Of a stretch of DNA of 64,000 bases, positions 21,811 through 33,832 are shown in pieces. The notes beneath the pieces are model-generated. The model did not search any database and was not told the DNA's origin. It was given only the letters and a program-made list of their open reading frames with translations. How positions within the stretch are numbered: the first letter of the stretch is position 1; each line of letters opens with the position of its first letter. The translations under genes and the position numbers were made by a program. This stretch comes from Squalus acanthias (taxonomy: Eukaryota): the NCBI GenBank assembly GCA_030390025.1, contig CM059432.1:12028001-12092000 (forward strand), written 5' to 3'.

Positions 21811-22399
21811 TAGTATTTACAGCACAGAAAAAGGCTATTGGGCCCAACTGGCCTGTGCCAGTGTTTATGTTCCACACGAGCCTCCTCCCACCACTACTTC
21901 ATCTCACCTTGTCAACATAACCTTCTATTCCTTTCTCCCTCATGTGTTTATCTAGCTTTCCCTTAAATGCATCTTTACTATTTGCCTCAACTACTCCATT
22001 CGGCCCAACCTGTCCATGCCGGTGTTTATGCTCCGCTCGAGCCTCCTCCCGTCTTTCCTCATCTCACTCTATCAGCATAACTCTCTATTCCCTTCTCCCT
22101 CATACGCTTTTGGTGCAAATAGCGCCTGAAATGTGTAAATAAGAAAAATTAATTCCATTTAAATACTTAAAGTAGAAATTTAAAAAGTTAACATTAAAAA
22201 GCCCTTCCCTTCCACACCAGAAATTCAACATGGGAGTGAGAGCTGATGCCCAGACCTCAAACGCTAACTCTTGTTTCTCTCTCCGCGGATGCTGCCTGGC
22301 CGGCTGAGTGCTTCCAGCATTTTCTGTTGTTATTTCTGATGAAAAAAGTGCTCTACAGTGTCACCCAGTGGCCAGAGCTGACAACTGCATGCAGATATC

Positions 22400-22995
22400 A
22401 TAGAATCATAGAAAGTTACAGCACAGAAGGAGGCCATTTCAGCCCATCTTGTCCGTGCCGGCCGACAAAGAGCTATCCACCCTAATCCCACTTTCAAGCA
22501 CTTGGTTCGTAGCCCTGTAGGTTACGGCCCTTCAAGTGCATATCCAAGTACTTTTTAAATGTGATGAGAGTTTCTGCCTCTACCACCCTTTCAGGCAGTG
22601 AGTTCCAGACCCCCACCACCCTCTGGGTGAAAAAAATTCTCCTCAACTCCCCTCTAAACCTCCAACCAATTACTTTAAATCTATGCCCCCTGGTTATTGA
22701 CCCCTCTGCTAAGGGAAATAGGTCCTTTCTATCCAGGCCCCTCATTATTTTATGCACCTCAATTAAGTCTCCCCTCAGCCTCCTCTGTTACAAAAAAAAC
22801 AACCCCAGCCTATCCAATCTTTCCTCAAAGCTAAAATTCCCCAGTCCAGGCAACATCCTCGTAAATCTCCTCTGCACCCACTCTAGTGCAATCACATCCT
22901 TCCTGTAAGGTGGTGACCAGAACTGCACGCAGTATTCTAGCTGCGGCCTAACTAGTGTTTTATACAGTTCAAGCATAAACTCCCTGCTCTTGCCT
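22400..22995 (-). mobile_element. CR1 LINE 3' fragment
   Basis: ORFs 22788-23033 and 22494-22757 encode CR1 RT C-terminus. Confidence 0.85.
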
Positions 22996-23636
22996 TCATT
23001 TGCTGAGGCATAGAATATAAGTATATAAAGCAATTTTAAAGTATTCTAAGAAAGAAAGACTTGCATTTATATAGCGCCTTTCACAACCTCAGGATGTCCC
23101 AAAGCGCTTTGCAGAAGTTTAGTCACTTTTGTAATGTAGGAAATGCGGCAGCCAAATGCACACAGCAAGCTCCCACAAACAGCAATGTGATAAAGACCAG
23201 ATCATCACATTGATATTTGTGGGAGCTTGCTGTGCGCAAATTGGCTGCCGCGTTTTCCCACATTACAACAGTGACTACACTTCAAAAAGTATTTAATTGG
23301 CTGTAAAGCATCTGGTGGTCGTGAAAGGCGCTATAGAAATGCAAGTCTTATTTTAACAATTACTTTGAGTCGGCATGCAGTTGTCGGCTCCGGTGTTGCC
23401 AGGGCGCAGGTGATTAGCGTACAGGGTTGCACTGCTGACTGGGCGAGGAAAGCTCTGTGGTCTTGCCGTGCCACTTGTTCTGTGCCCACTTGCAGAGCAC
23501 CCAGTAACGGCCTCCAGATCATCCACGCATAATTTATAGACCTCTGGTAACTGGGGCTGCTGCTGAGGGGGGGTCATTTAGATTTTGACATGCACCGTTT
23601 GACTATTAACCAGACTGTTGTATTTCTTTGCTGTAG

Positions 23637-23787
23637 AGTGCATGCCGTTTAATCAGTGTGGCACCTGCACCGGCTTTGGTGTCTGCAGTGTGATCCAGAA
23701 CTATACCCTGTGGAAGGTTGGAGATTACGGCGAGGTTAGTGGACGCGAAGAGATGATGGCAGAAATCTACGCCAATGGGCCTGTCAG
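23637..23787 (+). CDS. CTSZ: Cathepsin Z exon 4
   Basis: tgtag| [51 protein letters not shown] |gtaatg; 151 bp; not captured by the ORF track. Confidence 0.96.
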
Positions 23788-23865
23788 GTAATGGACGAGG
23801 TTGTTACTGGTTTGTCCGACCTGTTGTATTTTATTACATTGTACTGATTATTTATCTGAACTCAT

Positions 23866-24479
23866 TGGCCCGGGATTTGCGGTCAGCGGCGAAGCGAAGG
23901 CGTTCACTGCTGGCCCCGAAGTACGCTCCGCACAAGGATCTCGCTCGCGATCCCTGTGTCGAGAGCTTGGGGTTTTCCGACCTTCAATTCAAAATCAACG
24001 GAGTACGGCGGGGATCCCCTTGTGCGAGCTGCTGTGACAACAGCAACAATCTTCTTGAAAAGTTTCTTAAAATGTTTTATTTTTTTATTAAAACGGACAG
24101 TTTTCACACTGCACAAAATTAAAATGAGTTTTCCAGGGCTTTGTTTAGCAGTCAATACGCTGTTAAAACCCCAGTTACACCGAATCCCTCCGGGTCGAAC
24201 TTTTAGTGGGGAATTTAACAGCGTGATTACTGTGGAAGAGCCGAAGTTTTTGTCCGATTCAAATATTTGGGTGATTTCACTGATCGCCGGTTCTGTGGTG
24301 GGGGGGGGAGAGGAGGGGGTGCACAGCGCAGCCAGTCTCGGAGCTGTCGATGACCGAACGCAACTTCAGGATTACCGCATACCGTCTGCGCCAAATCCCG
24401 AAGTTGCGGTCAGTTTCAAATGTGGAATGACGGCGAACGCTGCCAGTTCGTTGTCATCCCAAACGCAAGTTCCGGGCCA
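23866..24479. mobile_element. MITE-like element (same family as 21089)
   Basis: Terminal inverted TGGCCCGG / CCGGGCCA; shared internal blocks. Confidence 0.6.
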
Positions 24480-24732
24480 GTATATTTGGACGGGGAGAAA
24501 AGAAAGATTTAAGTTTTGGCAGTTATTGGTGCCTTTATCAGGGGTTTGATAAAAGGCCGGAGATTAATTGTGCTGCTTTTTTTAAAACTTATTCCCTCTC
24601 TCTCTCTCCCACACTTGGACTCCCATTTGCTTTTAGCTATTAGATTGAGCCATGTGAGAAGCAAGGACTTCAGTCTGTGAGGAAAGGATTGCCCGAACTG
24701 TCTGGCTAGAATCCGGCTGGTTGACCTATGAC

Positions 24733-25095
24733 ACAACAACTTGTATTTAAACAGCGTCTTTAACGTAGTAAAACGTCCCAAGGCGCTTCACAGGAGCGAT
24801 TATCAAACAAAATTTGACACCGAGCCACATAAGGAGATATTAGGGCAGGTGACCAAATGCTTGGTCAAAGAGGTAGGTTTTTTAAGGAGCGTATGAAGAA
24901 AGAGAGAGAGAGAGACAGAGAGGTTTAGGGAGGGAATTCCACAGCTTAGGGTCTAGGCAGCTGAAGGCACGGCCGCCAGTGCTGGAGCGATTTAATGCGG
25001 GAATGCACAAGAGGTCAGAATTGGAGGAGCGCAGAGATCTCTTGAGAGTTATAGGGCCGGAGGAGGTTACAGAGATGGGGAGGGGCGAGGCCGTG
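24733..25095 (-). mobile_element. L2 LINE 3' fragment
   Basis: acaacaacttgtattt tail and similarity to 54116-54432. Confidence 0.7.
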
Positions 25096-26064
25096 AAGAA
25101 TTGATCACGGGGAAATCCACTCGCCTAGCAAAGGGCTGAGAGGACAGATGACCTGGATTGTGTTGGCCACGTACACTGGAGACTAATGAGGCTTTCTGAT
25201 TAGAATTGAGCAAGAGGATTTGTCTTTCGGTAGATTAAGTGGACATGTGATTTGTGTTTTTGTATAGTTCGAGCAGTTTCACTTGAACTGAAAAACACCG
25301 ATTGTCGATTCTTTCTGCCGCGAGCATTTTCAGTTATAATGGTGTTTACTGATCTCTCACCGGTGCTAATGGTGACTGCGAATTTGAGGTGTTGAGTTCA
25401 GACAATGTGAAATTGTATTGGATCGTGTGCAATTTTCACCAAAAGCACTTCCTTATCAAAAAGCAAAATGAGCCTAGTCACAAACAGCGTTGTCACTCGC
25501 ACCAGACTTTTGCCTTTCCCAGCAGCCTGAGACGAGATAATATTAGCAGAGCATGGGAATCGAGCAAGTCCCTTGGTCAGACAAGGTCGTGGGAAGATCA
25601 GAGAGAAATGAGAGAAGGGACTGAGCTATATCAATTGGGCAGCTTGCTGAGATTTGTGGAAAAGGAGGAAAATTCAGATGAAAAGGAATTTGGGACTTCT
25701 TGGTGTAACATAGAATGATACAGCACAGAAGGAGGCCATTCGGCCCATCGTGTCTGTGCCGGCTCTTTGAAAGAGCTCTCCAATTAGTCCCACTCCCCCT
25801 GCTCTTTCCCCATAGCCCTGCAAATTTCTCCTTTTCAAGTATTTATCCAATTCCCTTTTGAAAGTTACTGTTGAATCTGCTTCCACCGCCCTTTCAGGCA
25901 GCGCGTTCCAGATCACAACAACTCGCTTCTGGTTCTTTTGCCAATCACCTTACAATCTGTGTCCTCTGGTTATCGAGCCCGCGTGCCAGTGGAAACAGTC
26001 CCTCTCTACTCTATATCGAAGCCCCTCAATAATTTTAACCTGCTGTCTTCTAATTGGGTTCCAG

Positions 26065-26230
26065 CTGTGGTATAATGGCGACAAAGAAGCTGGATGCTTA
26101 CCGTGGAGGAGTGTTTGCGGAATACGAGCTCCTGGCTATAACCAATCACATTGTGTCAGTGGCGGGCTGGGGTGTGGATGAAGATGGGACGGAGTACTGG
26201 ATAGTACGGAACTCGTGGGGTGAGCCTTGG
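26065..26230 (+). CDS. CTSZ: Cathepsin Z exon 5
   Basis: ccag| CGIMATKKL...[10 protein letters not shown]...[12 protein letters not shown] (catalytic His and Asn) |gtgagt; 166 bp. Confidence 0.97.
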
Positions 26231-26567
26231 GTGAGTGTGCTGCTTGCTGTGTTCTGTATTTCCACCTGGTGCAGGGTAAGTGCGTTCAGGGTCAGAAAGT
26301 CAGTTTGGAAGAAAGTGATTGAACCCATTGCAAGGGAGGTGGGAAAATCCTCTTCACTACTGGGGCCAAGCCCCTGCAGCTATTGAATGGCACTGGCTCT
26401 ATCTAGAACACAACGTCGAGAGCGGAATACTTTTCCCAACAGTGCAACGTCGAAAAACCTGACTACTTAATCAACTCTGATTCAACCTGTATAAGAACAT
26501 AAGAATTAGGAGCAGGAGTCGGCCATGCGGCCCCCTCGAGCCTGCTCCGCCATTCAATAAGATCATG

Positions 26568-26949
26568 ATGTGGAGCCAAGTTCCGCACTCATGAGGATGG
26601 TCTCAATCGCGATATCGGGTTCATGTCACGATACAGAACGTGACTTGACATCATGGCCGGTCTTCCCAGGTGTTTTTTTTTTTAAAAAGACTAACACAAG
26701 AACCTACACAGATTGACAGGATATGCAGCCAGCAGGTGGTTTGACACGTTGGACCCCCTGGGACACATCTCATTGTCTTGGCTGTGCTCTTTGATGTAGG
26801 AAAGATTTGAATATATTTTGTCTGTGTTTAAATTGTGAATTCTGGGAGATTCTCTCACTGCTAACTTACCTGACGAAGGAGCGAACTGTTCCGAAAGCTT
26901 GTAAAATTAAATAAATCTGTTGGACTATAACCTGGTGTTGTGCGACTTC
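26568..26949 (+). mobile_element. Short Penelope-like insertion inside a CR1 3' tail (host about 26493-27060, - strand)
   Basis: 14-bp TSD TCAATAAGATCATG (26554-26567 and 26950-26963); encodes AKFRTHEDGLNRDIGFMSRY; pLTR-like 3' end. Confidence 0.85.
26866..26904 (+). ncRNA. Minimal hammerhead ribozyme motif (sense to CTSZ intron 5)
   Basis: TTAC-CTGACGA-A-GGAGC..GTTCC-GAAA-GCT-T-GTAA. Confidence 0.7.
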
Positions 26950-28333
26950 TCAATAAGATCATGGCTGATCTTCGACCTCAACTCCACTTTCCCGCCCGAT
27001 CCTCATATCCCTTGATTCCCCTAGAGTCCAAAAATCTATCTATCACAGTCTCGAATATGCTCTGGAAGATTTTTCCAGTGCGTCTGCCAATAAAAGTGAT
27101 TACTAAAATATTATTTCCTCAATAGAAATTTGCTGAAAGGAGAATCTTTAGGAACATTTGGCCCATCGAGCTTGCTCTGCCATTTTGTTAGGTGTGGCAA
27201 CTCTCTTATCATTTTAATCTTTATATTACTTCATACCTTAATTTTCCAAGTGTCTTTCTCCCTTTTAAAGAAAGACTGACTTGCATTTATATAGTGTTTT
27301 TCACGACCTCCGGACGTCCCAAAGCACTTTCCAGCCAATGAAGTACTTTTTGAAGTGTAGTCACTGTTGTAATATAGGAAACGCGGCAGCCAATTTGCGC
27401 ACAGCAAGCTCCCACAAACAGAAATGTTTGATAATGACCGGATAATCATAGTTTTAGTTTGAGGGATAAATATTGGCCAGGACTCAATTTATTCTGCACC
27501 CAAGGTTTTCTGCATCAGTGTATTCCACATTCTCAACTCTATGAAGAAATGCTTTTCTGGATTCACATTTAGTTAGTTTTCATTTGAAAGTCATATCCTC
27601 TTGTTCCTGAGTTCCCCTCTTAAAGGAAAAAGCTCCCTGTCTACCATGTAAATTTATTTCTAGGCCTAGATTACTCAAGAACAGGCAGTCGATACTTGTT
27701 ATATTACTATTCTACTGGGAACTGAATGATGGGCAAAGTAAATTCGGAAATTAAATTAAGCAGATTATTTTTATCGTTACATCTGATCCCTTCCACACTG
27801 ATATCTACTACTAGGAACAGGAGGAGGCCATTCAGCCCCTCGAGCCTGTTCTGCCATTCAGTGAGATCACAGCTGATCTGTATCCTAACTCCATCCACCC
27901 GCCTTGGCTAAATATCCCTTAATACCCCTGGCTAGCAAAAACCTATCGATCTCCGATTTAAAATGATTAATTACTGTTGGATAGCTGGATGATAGTGTAG
28001 AAGAAATGGTACTCTTCTATGATGCAGTAACCTTGACATGCAAACCCTTCTATGATGCAGCATCCTTGCTAAGCAAAAAGGGCACATGCATTGAGCGACT
28101 CCATTGTAATTTATTTTTGGGCGAGTTCTATTTACATGTACAAAAGCAATTAATTCATACATGATTGTCACCTACGATTGCCTTTCTGAGAGCTCCCACT
28201 ATAAATGTATTGATGGATGACACCACAGAGCAGATCCATTGGGCAATTTATTTTTAACTACTACAAGTATTGATATAAAACATCTGAATAATTCGGAAAG
28301 GCTGATTATTGTTTCTGTCTCTAATCCCCACAG

Positions 28334-28447
28334 GGAGAGTCTGGGTGGCTGCGGATTGTCACGAGTGCCTATAAAGATGGGAAGGGCAATCATTACAACC
28401 TTGCCATTGAGCGGCAGTGTGGCTATGGAGATCCTATACTACAATGA
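28334..28447 (+). CDS. CTSZ: Cathepsin Z exon 6 (terminal coding exon)
   Basis: cacag| [37 protein letters not shown]; total spliced CDS 924 bp = 307 aa. Confidence 0.96.
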   Translation, partial: GESGWLRIVTSAYKDGKGNHYNLAIERQCGYGDPILQ

Positions 28448-28629
28448 GCAGCGGCCTCTACAATCACAGGGAGCTTGTAGATGAGAGCAGCCATTTTTAA
28501 AATCTTGGTATGAGTTTGAAGTGAATGTTAATATAACCATTGTATAAAGCTATAGAGTAAGACAAGTAAGATTGGCTTGTAACTTGCGCCTTTGGACGGT
28601 TTTAATGAAATTGGTTGCTGCCTGTCAGA

Positions 28630-29858
28630 GTCACAACGGCACAGAAGGAGGCCATTCGGCCCATCGAATCCGTGCCGGCTCTCTGTGGAGCAAGTTTATT
28701 TCTCTCAAGTGCCTATCCAGTCTCCCCTTGAAAACATTGAGTGTCTCCGCTTCCAACACTTCCGTCGGCAGCGAGTTCCAGGTCATCACCACTCGCTGCG
28801 TAAAAAAGCTATTCCTCACATCCCCCCTGTATCTCTTGCCCAAAACCTTAAATCTGTGTCCCCTAGTCCTTGTACCATCAACTAGTGGGAACAGCCTTTC
28901 CCCGTCTAGCCTATCCAAACCCGTCAAAATCTTGTACACCTCTTATCAAATCACCCCTCAACCTCCTTTGCTCTAATGAAAACAAATCCAGCTTCTCCAA
29001 CCTGTCCTTGTAGCTAAGATTCCCCCATCCCTGGAACCATTCTGGTAAATCTCCTCTGCACCCTCTCAAGGGCCTTCACATCCTTCCTAAAGTATGGTGA
29101 CCAGAACTGGACGCAATACTCCAGTTGTGGCCTAACCAGCGCCAGTGATGCGGAGCTCTGCAATTCTGCTTTAACCTTTCAAAGAGGATTAAGAAGATTC
29201 GATCCCATTCATCTTTTTCCTCCCTCTCCTCTTCTAAGGCAGTAACTCCTTGCTGGTGTATAATTCCAGTCATGTGTAGCCAACTGTATAAAACACTAGT
29301 TGGGCCACAGCTAGAATACTGCCTACAGTTCTGGTCACCACATTACAGGAAAGATGTGATCACACGAGAGGGTACAGAGGAGATTTACGAGGATGTTGCC
29401 TGGGCTGGGGAATTTTAGCTATGAGGAAAGATTGGATAGGCTGGGGTTGTTTTCTTTGGAACAGAGGAGGCTGAGGGGAGATTTAATTGAGGTGTATAAA
29501 ATTATGAGGGGCCGAGATAGAGTGGACAGGAAGGACCTATTTCCCTTAGCAGAGGGTTCAATAACCAGGGGGCATAGGTTTAAAGTCATTGGTAGAAGGA
29601 TTAGAGGGGATTTGAGGAGAACTTTTTTCACCCAGAGGATGGTGGGGGTCTGGAACTCACTGCCTGAAAGGGTGGTAGAGGCAGAGACCCTCATCACATT
29701 TAAAAAGTACTTGGATATGCACTTGAAGTGCTGTAACCTACAGGGCTACGGACCAAGAGCTGGAAAGTGGGATTAGGCTGGATAGCTCTTTGTCGGCTGG
29801 CACAGATACAATGGGCCGAATGGCTTCCTTCCGTGCTGTAACTTTCTATGATTCTATG
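28630..29858. mobile_element. Two CR1 3' fragments (about 28630-29140 on -, about 29280-29858 on +)
   Basis: ORFs 28631-28939 (-) and 29393-29776 (+) encode CR1 RT C-terminus. Confidence 0.8.
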
Positions 29859-30725
29859 TTCCAAGGCACTATTTTTCATGTATGAGTTGAGATAGTCTGG
29901 GCCAAGAGGCTATTCAACTGCAGCACTCACCTGTTTTCACCTAATGTCTACGCACTTGCCAGCAACGGTCACTGGATAGCGATCAGGGGCAGAATTTCCT
30001 TTGACTACACTTTTAAGGGACCTTGCAACACCAGCTTATTGTGACATAAGTATTTTTAGTTTACTTCTCTCCCTGACCCTGTTGTGCCCTACTCCTATTT
30101 CTGAGTCAGGACAGAGCAGAGAGAGACATCGCCCTCCCTGTGCTCTGTGCCACTGGCGGTGGTCACTATAGCTTGTAACAAGGAGCTCGGCGGGTTTCCT
30201 GTGTGTATTCTGATCCTTTCCACCCTCTCTCGCATTGGCGTAAATTGAAACTCTCTCTGGTAATCTCGGGATGCGAGACAGTGTTCCACTGCGTGATGCA
30301 GCTCTGCATGAAGCACAGCGCCACTGCATGGTGCAGGTCAATAGAACACTTGTCTTCCCTGCCCCCTCCGTCTCCTCACCATCTCTCCTGAAAACATAGA
30401 CGTTGTCTGGTTCTGTCAGCACGCCACTGCCCCACCTAATTGGTCATTCTTCGTTTTTGAGCTTGGGCAATGAGTGTCTCCATGGCGCACCCCTCCATGT
30501 TCAACCACGGAGGGTTTCACAGCTCGCAGTCCTCACCTGACATTCACCACGCACACTTTCCAGCGGGCGGGGGTGACATACTAGAGATCAGGACTAGGAA
30601 CCCTGGCTGATTTGTTTTCTCTCTCTCCCCTCGCTAGCTGAGAGACACTGAAGCCGTTTGTAGCGCCCCCCCTACTGTAGCTCGACTGAGGTCAGCTAGC
30701 GAACCTCGTAGAGTTGTGGTCCTTG

Positions 30726-31542
30726 CAGCATCGGTAGCGTAGTGGTTATAGAAACATAGAAACATAGAATCTAGGAGCAGGAGTAGGCCATTCGGCCCGT
30801 CGAGCCTGCTCCGCCATTCAATACGATCATGGCTGATCATCCAAATCCAGTACCCTGTCCCTGCTTTAATCCCCACAGTACACATATCCCACCCTACCCC
30901 CGTAACCCCACGTATTTAATTCCCCCTAACATATCCCATCCTATCCCCATAACCCCACATATTTAATCCCCCCTAACACTAAGGGTCAATTTATCATAGC
31001 CAAATCAACCTAACCCACACATTTTTGGACTGTGGGAGGAAACCGGAGCACCCGGAGGAAACCCACGCAGACACGGGGAGAATGTGCAAACTCCACACAG
31101 ACAGTCACCCGAGGTCAGATTCGAACCCGGGTCTCTGGCGCTGTGAGGCACCAGTGCTAACCACTATGCCACCGTGTTGCCCCCTATGCCACCGTGTTGC
31201 TGGGCTAGTGATCCAGAGTCGTGAGTTCAAATCCCACCACGGCAACTGGGGAATTTAAATTCAGTTAATTAAATAAAAAGCTAGTGTCAGTAATGGTGAC
31301 CACGAAATTACCGGATTGTCATAAAAACCCATCTGGTTCACTAATGTCCTTTAGGGAAGGAAATCTTACCCGGTCTGGCCTATATGCGACTCCAGACCCA
31401 CAGCAATGTGGTTGACTCTTAACTGCCCCTCTGAGGTTCAAGAAGGCGGCTCACCACCACCTCCTCAAGGGTAATTAGGGATGGGCAATAAATGCTGGCC
31501 TTGTTGGCGACGCCCACATTCCATGAACGAATATTAAAAAAA
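30726..31542 (+). mobile_element. tRNA-headed SINE (8345 family) interrupted by an HE1-like SINE
   Basis: Head cggtagcgtagtggttat to 30749, resumes near 31195 with B-box-like gagttcaaatccc, then body and tail. Confidence 0.7.
30750..31182 (-). mobile_element. HE1-like V-SINE, full length
   Basis: - strand tRNA head (gtggcatagtgg..gggttcgaatc), V-domain (gtgtggagtttgcacattctccccgtgtctgcgtggg) and CR1-type tail. Confidence 0.8.
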
Positions 31543-32040
31543 CCACCAGCGGGTGCACTGACCCAGTGAACAAGTGGGGTCTGCAGGGCTGTCTTAGTGA
31601 GGGGATGTAACTGTGTATCTACGTTAAACAGACACATTCACCTGGCTGGATATTTTCAATACTGCTGGTTGATGCTGTTGGTGTTGAGTCTAATTGTGAG
31701 AACATTACATAATGTGACTAGCCCCGCCATTGTTATTTCTACCGCAGTTTCCTTCATTGCTGTACGATGAGTTGAAATAAAGTAATGAAAGGTTGTGAAA
31801 TTCATCCTGTCAAATTTAGCAAAGAAAAATCTTGCACAAGTACAAAAGGGGATTTCCTATTTTTTGTACTGGCCCCAGTTCGTTCGCTACAATTATTGAC
31901 TTGCGTTACCCAAGATATTTGAAGTTATTATTTTCCATGTGTTTTTTTAAAAACTAACTTAATTAGTCCAAGGATCATTAAAAAAAACAACCTGGTTTAT
32001 TACTGCATTCAGATATCCATGGATACAGCTCTCATTATAG

Positions 32041-32590
32041 TGCCTCACCTCCTGACTCCCCAGAGCCTTTCCATCATCTACAAGGCACAAGTAAGGAGTG
32101 TGATGGAATACTCTCCACTTGCCTGGATGAGTGCAGCTCCAACAACACTCAAGAAGCTCGACACCATCCAGGACAAAGCAGCCCGCTTGATTGGCACCCC
32201 ATCCACCACCTTAAACATTCACTCCCTCCACCACCGGCGTACCGTGGCTGCAGTGTGCACCATCTACAGCAACTCGCCAAGGCTTCTTCGACAGCACTTC
32301 CAAACCCTCTACCACCTAGAAGGACAAGGGCAGCAGGCGCGTGGGAACACCACCACCTCCACGTTCCTCTCCAAGTCACACACCAGTCTGACTTGGAAAT
32401 CCTTCATCGTCGCTGGGACAAAATCCTGGAACTCCCTCCCTAACAGCACTGTGGGAGTACCATCACCACACGGACTGCAGCGGTTCAAGAAGGCGGCTCA
32501 CCACCACTTTCTCAAGGGCAACTAGGGATGGGCAATAAATGCTGGCCTTGCCAGCGACGCCCACATCCCATGAATGAATTTTTAAAAAAA
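32041..32590 (+). mobile_element. 3' fragment of the 49623 LINE family (others at about 35855-36085 and 61730-62185)
   Basis: HLLTPQSLSIIYKAQVRSVMEYSPLAW is identical to the full copy. Confidence 0.9.
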
Positions 32591-32833
32591 GTTTCCGTTA
32601 ACTACCTTGGCCCTGCAATTGCAAAATGTGAATATTCACATAATGTAAAAGTGCAATAAAGTAGCTCATCGTATTCTGAATATTCAGGCACCATGAGCTG
32701 GTGGTCCTTTTCCAGTAAAGCCCTTTGGTGGATTGAGTAATGAGCTTTAAATTATCCTCCAACACAAAGTGCATATTCATGCCAAAAATACCACCGACTT
32801 GCCATTTTTAAAGCTACAATTTTGATATCTTTA

Positions 32834-33303
32834 AGAACATAAGAAATAGGAGCAGGAGTCAGCCATACGGCCCCTCGAGCCTGCTCCGCCATTCAATAAG
32901 GTCATGGCTGATCTTCGACCTCAACTCCACTTTCCCGCCCGATCTCCATATCCCTCGATTCCCCTAAAGTCCAAAAATTTATCGCAGCCTTGAATATACC
33001 CAAAGACTCAGCATCCACAACCCTTTGGAGTAGAGAATGCCATAGATTCACAACCCTCTGAGTGAAGAAATTCCTCCTCATCTCAGTCCTAAATGGCCAA
33101 GCCCTTATCCTGAGACTATGCCCGCCCTAGTTCTAGAGTCTCCAGCCAGGGGGAAACAACCTCTCAGCATCTACCCTGTCAATCCCCCTCAGAATCTTAT
33201 ACGTTTCAATGAGATCACCTCTCATTCTTCTAAACTCCAGAGAGTATAGGCCCAATCTACTCCATCTCTCCTCATAGGACAACCCTCTCATCCCAGGGAT
33301 CAA
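32834..33303 (-). mobile_element. CR1 LINE 3' fragment
   Basis: RT C-terminus and 3' UTR. Confidence 0.8.
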
Positions 33304-33832
33304 CTGTGGAGAGAGAAACAGAGTTAATGTTTCAGGTCGATGACCTTTCATCAGAACTGGAAAACGTTAGAGATGTAACAGATTTTAAGCGAGTGCGGGG
33401 AAAGGGAGGAGGGGAGAAAAGCACAAAAGGGAAGGTCTGTGATAGGGTGGAAGGCAGGAGCGATTAAGTGGCAAAAGGGATGATGGTACAAAGCAAAAGG
33501 ACTTCACTAAATAGCAGCCACTGTTTTTCAAGCTGGACGTTGGTGCTTCAGCAACATGTGGGCGAGATGCAAACAGAATAACTCTTGTTATATTCACTAC
33601 GTTAATGATATGGGGACAGCACATGCAACTTGTACAGTTCACGTCAGAATTTTCTACTGGTGCCTATTTAAACCTAGTTTTTAATTTGCTTCACAATGAA
33701 TAAATAAAATTTTCAAACAAATTCTAAATGTTAAAGAAATTTGCAATGTTAAGCTTTTTCTTCTCGCCAAATTTTGCTGAAGATGTTGGCTTCTTGATGG
33801 GGTGCGGTTCCACAGGGCACCGGAACCTCTTA

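Noticed and set aside
30036..30422. Possible exon or transposase remnant on the - strand
   Set aside because: No convincing motif or splice-phase fit to either gene.
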